From Candidatus Omnitrophota bacterium (GTDB lineage Bacteria; Omnitrophota; Gorgyraeia; Zapsychrales; JANLHA01), in contig JACKFJ010000002.1 of assembly GCA_020632535.1 (NCBI GenBank), forward strand, positions 254,331 to 318,330: a stretch of 64,000 nucleotides of DNA, read 5' to 3'. The notes beneath the pieces were generated by a model. That model was not told the origin of the DNA. It did not search any database and was given only the letters and a program-made list of their open reading frames with translations. The position numbers were made by a program, and so were the translations under genes. How positions within the stretch are numbered: the stretch's first letter is position 1; each line of letters starts with the position of its first letter. Shown here one piece after another: positions 1 to 7,509 of this stretch.

Positions 1-414
1 CTTGAATTAGTCGCTATGAAAATTTTGTCGGTGTCGCGAGAATTAGCTGAGGCTCACTATCATCATTTAGAAGGCCAGGCGTTTTACGGTGACATTATTA
101 AATATTTGCAAGGCAAATTGCACGGCCAACATAAAGTCGTAGCTTTAGTCTATGCTGGCAAAAACGCGATTGCAGTATGTCGAGACATAACTGGAGCAAC
201 GAATCCCGAGGAAGCAGAGCCAAAAACAATTCGTGGTTCTTTAGGCCGGATTACGACAAAAGGGGTTTATGAAAATCTTTTGCATGTTTCCTCAGAAAAA
301 GAAGAAGCTTTGCGTGAAATCAAATTGTGGTTTACTCCCGAAGAAATTGGATCAGATATTTTTCCTACTAAGGTAGAAATGATTAAATCTTTCAAAAAGA
401 AAGTTTGGAAATAA
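1..414 (+). CDS. ndk: nucleoside-diphosphate kinase, 5' end cut by window edge
   Basis: Frame 1 is open from nt 1. LAEAHYHHLEGQAFYGDIIKYL...GATNPEEAEPKTIRG...NLLHVSS aligns with the NDK core including the catalytic His region. There is a C-terminal extension of about 25 aa. Confidence 0.8.
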   Translation, partial: LELVAMKILSVSRELAEAHYHHLEGQAFYGDIIKYLQGKLHGQHKVVALVYAGKNAIAVCRDITGATNPEEAEPKTIRGSLGRITTKGVYENLLHVSSEKEEALREIKLWFTPEEIGSDIFPTKVEMIKSFKKKVWK

Positions 415-415
415 T

Positions 416-1237
416 ATGATTAAGGGAATGACAGGGTTTGGATCTGCAGAAATTTCCGTCGGTAAAATCAAAGGCGGCATTGAAATCAAAAGTCAAAATC
501 ATCGTTATTTTGATATTGTTTATTATTTGCCGCCTGGGATGTCATCCTTAGAAAGTGGTATTCGTGATGCTGCAAATCGCGAAATTGAGCGTGGTCGTAT
601 TATGGTTTCGGTAAAGATTACAGATCGGCCTCTACAGGACATCCGTTTCAATAAAGACGCAGTGCATGAATATTTGCGTTATACCAAAATTTTAAAAAAG
701 GAATTTAATTTAAGCGGCGACCTTCGACCTTCAGACTTGATTCGTTTGCCCGGTGTTATAGAGACTCGCGAAGTTGTGCTTGAAGCTGACGAGATTTGGC
801 CGGCAGTAAAGAAGGCATTAGATGCGGCTTTAAAAAGCTTAATGGCGATGCGAATCCGTGAAGGTAAGGCTTTGGCCAAAGACATGGGCGCTATCTTGCG
901 ACGCATGCTTATGCAGATAAAGAAAATTGACAGCCGCACAAAAGCGATTTTGCGCGAAAAGAAAAAAGCTTTACCGAATGATGAGTTTCTTTCGGTTCAA
1001 AAGGGAAATGATATTAGCGAAGAGCTAACGCGATTAACACATTATATACATGAATTTAAAATGCATCTGCAGGCAAGCGGCGGTGTGGGAAAGAAGTTGG
1101 ATTTTGTCGCGCAAGAAATGCAGCGTGAAACCAATACCATTGGTTCTAAAGTTCAGGACCGCGACGTTTCCAATTCTGTCATCGCGCTTAAGTCCAAAAT
1201 CGAGAAATTGCGCGAGCAAGCGCAGAACGTCGAATAA
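416..1237 (+). CDS. yicC: YicC-family stress-induced protein / endoribonuclease
   Basis: MTGFG N-terminus and C-terminal LDFVAQEMQRETNTIGSK motif are typical of YicC. Start lies 2 nt after the ndk stop. Confidence 0.85.
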   Translation: MIKGMTGFGSAEISVGKIKGGIEIKSQNHRYFDIVYYLPPGMSSLESGIRDAANREIERGRIMVSVKITDRPLQDIRFNKDAVHEYLRYTKILKKEFNLSGDLRPSDLIRLPGVIETREVVLEADEIWPAVKKALDAALKSLMAMRIREGKALAKDMGAILRRMLMQIKKIDSRTKAILREKKKALPNDEFLSVQKGNDISEELTRLTHYIHEFKMHLQASGGVGKKLDFVAQEMQRETNTIGSKVQDRDVSNSVIALKSKIEKLREQAQNVE

Positions 1238-1242
1238 CCTTC

Positions 1243-1842
1243 ATGACAAGCGCAAAGATTATCATTCTTTCTGGCCCGTCGGGCGCAGGCAAAACGACGC
1301 TTCACCAAAAACTTTTGGAAAGTCCTGTTTTTAAGTCTAAGCTTATTCGATCCCTTTCGGCTACAACACGTTTACCAAGAAAGGGTGAGAGAAATGGCCG
1401 TGAATATCTTTTTTTAACCAAGAAGGAGTTTATTGCTAGGCAAAAAAAGGGCGATTTTTTAGAATCGATGAAGGTTTTTGATAATTATTATGGCACCCCA
1501 AAAGACAAGGTGGATGCGGCCTTAAAAAAAGGTAAAAATATTCTGCTTTGTATTGATGTTAAAGGTGCCGCAGTTGTTGGTCGTAATCGCGCGGATGTTT
1601 TAAAGATTTTTATTAAAACTCCAACCTTGAGGCATTTAAAGCAACGTTTGCAGAAACGAGGCACCGAAGATTTAGAAACTTTGAAGTTGCGGCTAAAAAT
1701 TGCAAAAGAAGAAATCAAAGAAGCTGGTGAGTACGACTATGTTGTAATTAATGATAGTTTGCCCCATGCTTATCAGGAGCTTAGTCGGATTCTTCGCAAA
1801 GAGATTTTTAAGCCGGAGTCAGTTCAAAAAAGTGATAAATAG
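1243..1842 (+). CDS. gmk: guanylate kinase
   Basis: P-loop GPSGAGKTTL; SATTRLPRKGERNGREYLF; typical length of 199 aa. Confidence 0.92.
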   Translation: MTSAKIIILSGPSGAGKTTLHQKLLESPVFKSKLIRSLSATTRLPRKGERNGREYLFLTKKEFIARQKKGDFLESMKVFDNYYGTPKDKVDAALKKGKNILLCIDVKGAAVVGRNRADVLKIFIKTPTLRHLKQRLQKRGTEDLETLKLRLKIAKEEIKEAGEYDYVVINDSLPHAYQELSRILRKEIFKPESVQKSDK

Positions 1843-1860
1843 GCATAGCCGAAAACAATT

Positions 1861-1890
1861 TTGACATTCCAGCAGGTCTGTGATATAAAT
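1861..1890 (+). promoter_or_regulatory. sigma70-type promoter upstream of rpoZ
   Basis: TTGACA (1861-1866), 17-nt spacer, extended -10 TGaTATAAA (1881-1889). AGGAGG Shine-Dalgarno lies before the ATG at 1983. Confidence 0.5.
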
Positions 1891-1982
1891 AACAATTTCT
1901 TATTCTGGCCAAAGTGCCATGTATGTCGTTTAAATGAATATAAGTCAATAGTTTATATACGAAAAACAGGAGGCAACACGTT

Positions 1983-2276
1983 ATGGCATATCAACCTATC
2001 GAAGAACTTTTACCAAAATCGGGTTTTAGTATTTATAAGCTCGTGCGTCTCGCGGCAAAACGCTCTCTTGAGTTGGCTGACGGAAGTCCACGGCTTATTA
2101 ATGATGTCGCTGTTGATACAAAAACTCCGACAATAGCTTTAGATGAAATTCGTGCTGGCAAAGTTGTTATTCGTTCCGTTGCTGAACAATTTGCTCCGGT
2201 TGTCGCAAAAGGGAAAAAGGGTAAAAAAGCTGATGTTTCTGCTGACGCTGATGCCGAGGCTGAAGTTAACGCGTAA
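1983..2276 (+). CDS. rpoZ: DNA-directed RNA polymerase subunit omega
   Basis: SIYKLVRLAAKRSLEL motif; conserved gmk-rpoZ synteny; acidic/Ala-rich tail. Confidence 0.85.
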   Translation: MAYQPIEELLPKSGFSIYKLVRLAAKRSLELADGSPRLINDVAVDTKTPTIALDEIRAGKVVIRSVAEQFAPVVAKGKKGKKADVSADADAEAEVNA

Positions 2277-2290
2277 AGAAGCAAATTTAC

Positions 2291-2836
2291 ATGCCAGTCG
2301 AAAAAAAACAGATTGTCTTAGGTGTTACTGGAAGTATTGCCGCATATAAATCTGCGGATCTAGTTCGGCGTCTGATGGATTCTGGATATAGCGTTTCGGT
2401 GGTAATGACTAAAGAAGCTGAGCATTTTATTGCACCGTTAACATTTGAATCATTGTCTGGTAAAAAAGTTTTGACAGGTCGTTTTAAGGATTGGGTCAAG
2501 GATGGAAGCATGAGTCACATTGCTCTTGCCCAAAACGCAGATGCGATTTTAATTGCGCCAGCGACGGCCAATATTATTGCCAAGCTGGCTAACGGGTTTG
2601 CGGATGATATTTTGACATGTGCGGTTTTGGCGACGAGCGCTCCAGTTTTGATCGCGCCCGCCATGAACGAAACGATGTATAAAAATAAAATCGTTCAAGC
2701 TAATTGTAAAAAATTAAAAGATCTTGGTTTTATTTTTATTAATCCGGTCAAAGGTCAGCTTGCTTGCGGTATCAATGGCGAAGGGCACTTTGAAGAACCG
2801 GTAAATATTATTAAAGTTTTAAAGACTGTTATTTGA
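2291..2836 (+). CDS. coaC: phosphopantothenoylcysteine decarboxylase flavoprotein (CoaC domain only)
   Basis: GVTGSIAAYKSADLVRRL flavin-binding N-terminus, APATANIIAKLANGFADD, PAMNETMY. At 181 aa there is no CoaB half. Confidence 0.85.
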   Translation: MPVEKKQIVLGVTGSIAAYKSADLVRRLMDSGYSVSVVMTKEAEHFIAPLTFESLSGKKVLTGRFKDWVKDGSMSHIALAQNADAILIAPATANIIAKLANGFADDILTCAVLATSAPVLIAPAMNETMYKNKIVQANCKKLKDLGFIFINPVKGQLACGINGEGHFEEPVNIIKVLKTVI

Positions 2837-2840
2837 AAAT

Positions 2841-2946
2841 GTCTTCGTCATTGCGAGGAATGAAGTGACGAAGTCCAAAAGGGACTCACTTCGTTTGCAA
2901 TCGAGTGTAGATTGCCACGTCGGCCTTAGGCCTCCTCGCAACGGTA
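2841..2946. repeat. REP-like nested palindromic element
   Basis: Outer 9-bp inverted repeat TTGCGAGGA (2851-2859) / TCCTCGCAA (2933-2941) encloses imperfect inner stems (CGAAGTCC...GGACT..TTCG; GCAAT...ATTGC). No coding potential. Confidence 0.6.
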
Positions 2947-2948
2947 GT

Positions 2949-2985
2949 AATTTCGGCGAGGTAGCCCTGCGAATAGCGCAGGACT
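2949..2985 (+). repeat. decayed tRNA-fragment unit: copy of tRNA-Cys leader plus nt 1-12, then a hairpin
   Basis: TTCGGCGAGGTAGCC at 2952-2966 is identical to 3020-3034. It is followed by hairpin CCTGCG-AATAG-CGCAGG and by CGCAGGACT, which matches the tRNA-Leu anticodon arm at 3127-3209. Confidence 0.6.
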
Positions 2986-3022
2986 AGGAAAAGTTTTTTA
3001 TTTATGGGGCCGAAGAAACTTC

Positions 3023-3098
3023 GGCGAGGTAGCCAAGTGGTTACGGCCGCGGTCTGCAAAACCGTCGTTCACCGGTTCGAGTCCGGTCCTCGCCTCCA
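3023..3098 (+). tRNA. tRNA-Cys (GCA), CCA encoded
   Basis: Acceptor GGCGAGG/CCTCGCC, anticodon loop CTGCAAA, T-arm GGTTCGAGTCC, 76 nt. Confidence 0.9.
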
Positions 3099-3126
3099 CT
3101 AGACTTCCACAGTTATGCGTACTTCT

Positions 3127-3209
3127 GGGCAAGTGGTGGAATGGTATACACGCAGGACTTAAAATCCTGTGGCCGAAAGGTCGTGAGGGTTCGACTCCCT
3201 CCTTGCCCA
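3127..3209 (+). tRNA. tRNA-Leu (UAA), long variable arm
   Basis: Acceptor GGGCAAG/CTTGCCC, anticodon loop CTTAAAA, variable arm TGGCCGAAAGGTCGT, T-arm GGTTCGACTCC. Confidence 0.9.
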
Positions 3210-3226
3210 TGTTGATCAGAAAATTT

Positions 3227-3280
3227 TAAAGAGTAGATTTAATGGATCCGTAGCTCAGCCCCGCAAAATTTTGCAGGACT
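3227..3280 (+). repeat. decayed tRNA-fragment unit: copy of tRNA-Val leader plus nt 1-14, then a palindrome
   Basis: TAAAGAG(TAG)ATTTAATGGATCCGTAGCTCAG at 3227-3258 matches 3301-3328, with a 3-nt insertion and one mismatch. Then palindrome GCAAAATTTTGC (3263-3274) and GCAGGACTT, identical to the tRNA-Leu anticodon arm. Confidence 0.6.
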
Positions 3281-3314
3281 TCGCTACGTGTAAGGAGTTC
3301 TAAAGAGATTTAAT

Positions 3315-3391
3315 GGACCCGTAGCTCAGTTGGTTAGAGCGCTTCCTTGACATGGAAGAGGTCACAAGTTCGAGTCTTGTCGGGTCCACCA
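3315..3391 (+). tRNA. tRNA-Val (GAC), CCA encoded
   Basis: Acceptor GGACCCG/CGGGTCC, D-arm TAGCTCAGTTGGTTAGAGC, anticodon loop CTTGACA, T-arm GGTCACAAGTTCGAGTCTTGT. Confidence 0.92.
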
Positions 3392-3399
3392 TTTATTTT

Positions 3400-5133
3400 A
3401 TGGAATATAAAACAGATTTAGATAAATTGCGGCATTCGTGTTCACACGTAATGGCGCAGGCAGTAAAGCAGCTTTGGCCCGACGTTAAGGTCACGATCGG
3501 CCCGGCCATTGAAAACGGATTTTATTACGATTTTGATAAAAAAGAACCATTTTCCGACGATGATTTGAAAGCGATTGAAAAGGCGATGCGTCAGATTATC
3601 CAGCGCAAGCCGAAATTCACACAAAGTTTTATGCCGCGCAAAGAAGCGTCTCAACTTTTTGAAAAAAACGGCGAAAATTATAAAGTTGAACTCATTGACG
3701 GTATCAAAGACGCAGAAGTTTCGATTTTTAAAACCGGCGATGAATGGATGGATCTTTGCAAAGGTCCGCATGTTGACAATGCCGGTGAAATCAAAGCGTT
3801 TAAGTTATTGTCTGTCGCGGGTGCGTATTGGCGCGGAAATGAAAACAATGCGATGCTGCAACGGATTTATGGCACGGCATTTTTTTCAGAAGAAGATTTA
3901 AAAAAACATTTGAATGCTTTGGCTGAAGCTGAAAAGCGAGATCACCGCAAATTAGGTGTGGCGCTTGATCTTTTTCAAATTTATCACGAGACCGCGGGCG
4001 CCGGATTAGTCTTTTATCATCCTAATGGCGCGATGTTGCGTAAGGTCATCGAAGATTATGTTCGCGAACAGCACATTAAGCGCGGATATGATTTGGTTAT
4101 GACGCCGCATATGATTAAAGGGAAGCTTTGGGAAATCAGCGGACACGCGGACAATTATCGTGAGAACATGTATTATTTCGACGTAGATCACGAGGAATAT
4201 GTGATCAAGCCAATGAATTGTCCGGGTCACATTTTGATTTATAAGTCCAAGACCCGTTCGTATCGTGATTTACCTGTCCGCTATTTTGAGTTAGGAACGG
4301 TTTATCGTCAGGAAAAAGCGGGTGTTTTACATGGGCTTTTACGCGTTCGTGGGTTTACACAAGATGACGCACATATATTTTGCCGTCAGGAACAGATCAA
4401 GAGTGAAGTTGAAGGTGTTATCGATTTTGTTTTTGAAACGATGAAAGATTTTGGCTTTAATGATTTGGAAATTGAACTTTCGACACGACCGGAAAAATAT
4501 ATCGGCAGTACTGAGAACTGGGATTTAGCGACAAAAGCGTTAGAAGATTCTTTGAAAAATAAGAATATTTTGTATCAGGTTAATGAAGGTGATGGTGCGT
4601 TTTACGGGCCGAAAATCGACATTAAATTGAAAGATGCTTTGGGTCGCAAATGGCAATGTGCTACGATTCAATGTGATTTTGCTTTGCCGGAACGATTTGC
4701 CATGTCGTATATAGATGAAGCTGGCAAAGAAGCACGGCCGATTATGATTCATCGCGCAATTTTGGGTAGTCTTGAGCGCTTTATTGGAAATTTGATTGAA
4801 CATTACGCTGGCGCTTTCCCAACGTGGTTGGCTCCGGTGCAGGTCTCCTTGATTCCAATTGCGCCCGAACATCAGGCTTTTGCCAAGGAAGTCAAAGAAG
4901 ATTTACAAAAAAATGGAATACGGGTTATAATTGACGAACGAAATGAGAGTTTGGGTAAGCGAATTCGCGAAGCCACTCTTAAGAAGGTTCCGTATATGCT
5001 TGTTCTTGGAGAAAAAGAAGTTTCTTCTCGTGAGGTAGCGGTTCGTAAAAGAGTCGGTTCGGAGCAAAGTATGATGACCATCGCACAATTTTGTGATTTT
5101 ATTTTTAATGAAGTTAAGGAAAAGAAAATTTAA
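3400..5133 (+). CDS. thrS: threonine--tRNA ligase (short form lacking the N-terminal TGS domain)
   Basis: RHSCSHVMAQAVKQLWP...GPAIENGFYYDFD editing-domain start, class II motifs (FRQE-like YRQEKAG, GFTQDDAHIF), C-terminal anticodon-binding domain. The ATG at 3400 is chosen because the ORF-track start at 3352 lies inside tRNA-Val. Confidence 0.9.
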   Translation: MEYKTDLDKLRHSCSHVMAQAVKQLWPDVKVTIGPAIENGFYYDFDKKEPFSDDDLKAIEKAMRQIIQRKPKFTQSFMPRKEASQLFEKNGENYKVELIDGIKDAEVSIFKTGDEWMDLCKGPHVDNAGEIKAFKLLSVAGAYWRGNENNAMLQRIYGTAFFSEEDLKKHLNALAEAEKRDHRKLGVALDLFQIYHETAGAGLVFYHPNGAMLRKVIEDYVREQHIKRGYDLVMTPHMIKGKLWEISGHADNYRENMYYFDVDHEEYVIKPMNCPGHILIYKSKTRSYRDLPVRYFELGTVYRQEKAGVLHGLLRVRGFTQDDAHIFCRQEQIKSEVEGVIDFVFETMKDFGFNDLEIELSTRPEKYIGSTENWDLATKALEDSLKNKNILYQVNEGDGAFYGPKIDIKLKDALGRKWQCATIQCDFALPERFAMSYIDEAGKEARPIMIHRAILGSLERFIGNLIEHYAGAFPTWLAPVQVSLIPIAPEHQAFAKEVKEDLQKNGIRVIIDERNESLGKRIREATLKKVPYMLVLGEKEVSSREVAVRKRVGSEQSMMTIAQFCDFIFNEVKEKKI

Positions 5134-5160
5134 GATTTAACAAGATACAAGGAGGGTTCT

Positions 5161-5718
5161 ATTCAAAAGGTCATAAGAGTTAATGAGCGTATCCGTTCCC
5201 CCGAGGTTAGGGTTATTGGACCAGAGGCCGAACAGCTTGGTGTATTGATGATTCGCCGGGCTTTGGAACTTGCGGCAGAAAGCGGGCTTGATCTCGTTGA
5301 GGTTGCTCCGACTGCGCGACCTCCAGTTTGTCGTATTATGGATTTTAGTAAGTATAAATATGATCAAGAACGTAAAGAGCGAAGGGTAAAGAAGAGTCAA
5401 CATGTGGCGCATTTAAAGCAGATTCGTGTTAAGCCGCACATTGATGAAAACGATTATCATACTAAGCTCAAACAAGCCCAAGCGTTTTTGGCTAAAAAAG
5501 ACAAGGTTAAAGTAAATCTCTTTTTCCGTGGCCGCGAAATGGCTTTCGTGGATTTAGGGAAAAAAGTTATAGATCGTTTTGTGGTGGATCTTGGTAGTCA
5601 CGGGCAGATCGAAAAGTCACCTTCTATGGAAGGAAGGGTTATGTCAGTCGTGGTCCTTCCAAAGGTCGGGCTCGAAAAAAAAGTTTCCACCGCAGAGAAA
5701 GGAACAAAAGATGCCTAA
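5161..5718 (+). CDS. infC: translation initiation factor IF-3, ATT start
   Basis: IRVNERIRSPEVRVIGPEAEQLGV...GLDLVEVAPTARPPVCRIMDFSKYKY. The conserved N-terminus lies upstream of the first ATG. In-frame ATT at 5161 sits 5 nt after AAGGAGG (5149-5155). A non-AUG start is the known IF3 autoregulatory feature. Confidence 0.85.
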   Translation: MQKVIRVNERIRSPEVRVIGPEAEQLGVLMIRRALELAAESGLDLVEVAPTARPPVCRIMDFSKYKYDQERKERRVKKSQHVAHLKQIRVKPHIDENDYHTKLKQAQAFLAKKDKVKVNLFFRGREMAFVDLGKKVIDRFVVDLGSHGQIEKSPSMEGRVMSVVVLPKVGLEKKVSTAEKGTKDA

Positions 5719-5908
5719 ACTTAAAACTAATAAAGCTGCGATGAAGCGCTTTAAGATTACCAAAAAAGGTAAAATTAAAAAACGCAATGCCGGTCGTCGT
5801 CATATTTTAGGAAAAAAGACCAGAAAACGTAAGCGTCAATTGCGTAAAGCAGGTTTTGTTTCCGCCGTGGATGCACGACGGATAAGGAGGTTGTTGCCGT
5901 ATGGTTAG
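5711..5908 (+). CDS. rpmI: 50S ribosomal protein L35
   Basis: MPKLKTNKAAMKRFKITKKGKIKKRNAGRRH; start overlaps the infC end. Confidence 0.92.
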   Translation: MPKLKTNKAAMKRFKITKKGKIKKRNAGRRHILGKKTRKRKRQLRKAGFVSAVDARRIRRLLPYG

Positions 5909-6296
5909 AGTTCGCACAAACGTTGCCACAAAGCGCCGCAAAAAGCGAGTGCTTAAATCGGCAAAGGGATATTTTCAACAACGTAGCAAGCGTTACGCGC
6001 AAGCAAAGCGTACGCGGATCAAGGCACAAGCTTATTCTTATCGTGATCGCAAAGTTCGCAAGGGCGAGTTTCGTAAACTTTGGACTGTTCGGATTAATGC
6101 GGCTTGCCGTGAATTGGGGATTACATATAGCCGATTTGTTTCTGGCTTGATTAAGGCTAAAGTTGCGGTTGATCGTAAAATGTTGGCTGAGTTGGCGGTT
6201 TCGTCTCCGGCGGCATTTAAGCGACTTGTGAAAATTGCGCAAGAAAATGTTGGGTCAATTGCAGCCGCAAAGCCTGCTGCGAAAGCTAAAAAATAA
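5901..6296 (+). CDS. rplT: 50S ribosomal protein L20
   Basis: MVRVRTNVATKRRKKRVLKSAKGYF...; 8-nt overlap with rpmI. Confidence 0.93.
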   Translation: MVRVRTNVATKRRKKRVLKSAKGYFQQRSKRYAQAKRTRIKAQAYSYRDRKVRKGEFRKLWTVRINAACRELGITYSRFVSGLIKAKVAVDRKMLAELAVSSPAAFKRLVKIAQENVGSIAAAKPAAKAKK

Positions 6297-6321
6297 TTTT
6301 AGCTTACCTCATGGGTTTGAG

Positions 6322-6362
6322 ATGGCCCGCGGGATCTTAAGATCAAGCGGGCCATTTTCTTA
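6322..6362 (+). terminator. rho-independent terminator after rplT
   Basis: ATGGCCCGC (6322-6330) / GCGGGCCAT (6347-6355) 9-bp GC-rich stem followed by TTTTCTT. Confidence 0.65.
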
Positions 6363-6385
6363 ATGAGGAATGAAGGGCACATGAA

Positions 6386-7426
6386 ATGATGAGATGGGAT
6401 TTTGATAAAATTACTCAAGAAGCTATTAAAGAAATCACCGCGTGCGATGATTTAAAGAACCTTGAAGCTTTACGTGTAAAATTTTTGGGACGTAAAGGTC
6501 TTTTGACCGAAGTGTATTCCAGCCTGCCGACTTTGTCCGCCGAAGAAAAGCCGCTCGTTGGAAAGAATGCCAATAATTTTAGAAATAAAATAACTTCTCT
6601 TCTCGATGAGAGAAGAATTTTATTAGAAAATACGTCCACAGATATAGTTGCGGAAACACTCGATGTGTCTTTGCCGGGTATTGCCGCGCCTGTTGGACGG
6701 GAACATATTTTGTCGCAGATCATTGAAGAAATTTGCAGTACGTTTGAAAACTTAGGATTTGTAGTGCAGGATGGACCAGAGATCGAAACCGAATTTAATA
6801 ATTTTACTGCTTTAAATATTCCTGCTGATCATCCGTCGCGCGATTCATTCGACACTTTTTATTTAGAAACCCCTGATCCAGAACAAAAGGATCGTAATCT
6901 TTTGTTGCGTAGTCAAACGTCTCCGGTACAAATTCGGTTAATGAAACAATTTAAACCACCATTTGCTGTTGTGATTCCGGGAAAAGTTTATCGTCCCGAT
7001 GCTGTTGACGCGAGTCATTCTTTTGTTTTTCATCAGATCGAAGGGTTGTTGGTTGATGAAGATATCAAGTTTTCTGATCTCAAGGGATTATTGACCGCGT
7101 TTTGTCAGCGTCTTTTTGGAGAAAAGACGCGTATGCGTTTTCGTCCGCACTATTTTCCTTTCACAGAACCATCAGCGGAAGTTGATATTTCTTGTTACAT
7201 TTGTGATGGCAAAGGTTGTTCCGTTTGTGGACGTAAAGGGTGGCTTGAGATCATGGGTTGCGGTATGGTAAATCCAAAAGTTTTTGAAGCGGTAAAATAT
7301 CCTAAAGGAAAGTATACAGGATTGGCTTTTGGTATGGGTGTTGAGCGCATGGCGATGCTTAAATATGGTATTAATGATATTCGTTTATTTTTTGAAAATG
7401 ATGTGCGCTTCTTAAAACAATTTTAG
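6386..7426 (+). CDS. pheS: phenylalanine--tRNA ligase alpha subunit
   Basis: HPSRDSFDTFY, LLRSQTSPVQIR, FRPHYFPFTEPSAEVD, GMGVERMAMLKYGI. Confidence 0.93.
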   Translation: MMRWDFDKITQEAIKEITACDDLKNLEALRVKFLGRKGLLTEVYSSLPTLSAEEKPLVGKNANNFRNKITSLLDERRILLENTSTDIVAETLDVSLPGIAAPVGREHILSQIIEEICSTFENLGFVVQDGPEIETEFNNFTALNIPADHPSRDSFDTFYLETPDPEQKDRNLLLRSQTSPVQIRLMKQFKPPFAVVIPGKVYRPDAVDASHSFVFHQIEGLLVDEDIKFSDLKGLLTAFCQRLFGEKTRMRFRPHYFPFTEPSAEVDISCYICDGKGCSVCGRKGWLEIMGCGMVNPKVFEAVKYPKGKYTGLAFGMGVERMAMLKYGINDIRLFFENDVRFLKQF

Positions 7427-7509
7427 AAAATTATTTGCGGACTTTTCATAACTAAAGAAAGAAGTCAGTACCAGAGTAATTACATTAAGAAATAATTAAG
7501 GAAATTATT

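Noticed and set aside
2998-3210. 70-aa minus-strand ORF
   Set aside because: It lies entirely antisense to tRNA-Cys and tRNA-Leu. The tRNA cloverleaves explain the sequence.
3352-3399. N-terminal extension of thrS given by the ORF track (MEEVTSSSLVGSTIYF)
   Set aside because: These codons are the 3' half of tRNA-Val. The conserved ThrRS sequence begins after the ATG at 3400.
2837-3400. tRNA cluster as an integration hotspot for a genomic island or prophage
   Set aside because: No integrase, excisionase or phage-like genes lie nearby. The duplicated segments are tRNA 5' parts only about 70 nt from the intact genes, not 3'-end att repeats bracketing an island.
5775-6242. 155-aa minus-strand ORF
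   Set aside because: It is antisense to rpmI/rplT, which are unambiguous ribosomal protein genes.
6297-6385. Possible Phe-rich leader peptide attenuator upstream of pheS, as in E. coli pheM
   Set aside because: The only small ORF (MGLRWPAGS) contains no Phe codons. The hairpin is better explained as the rplT terminator.
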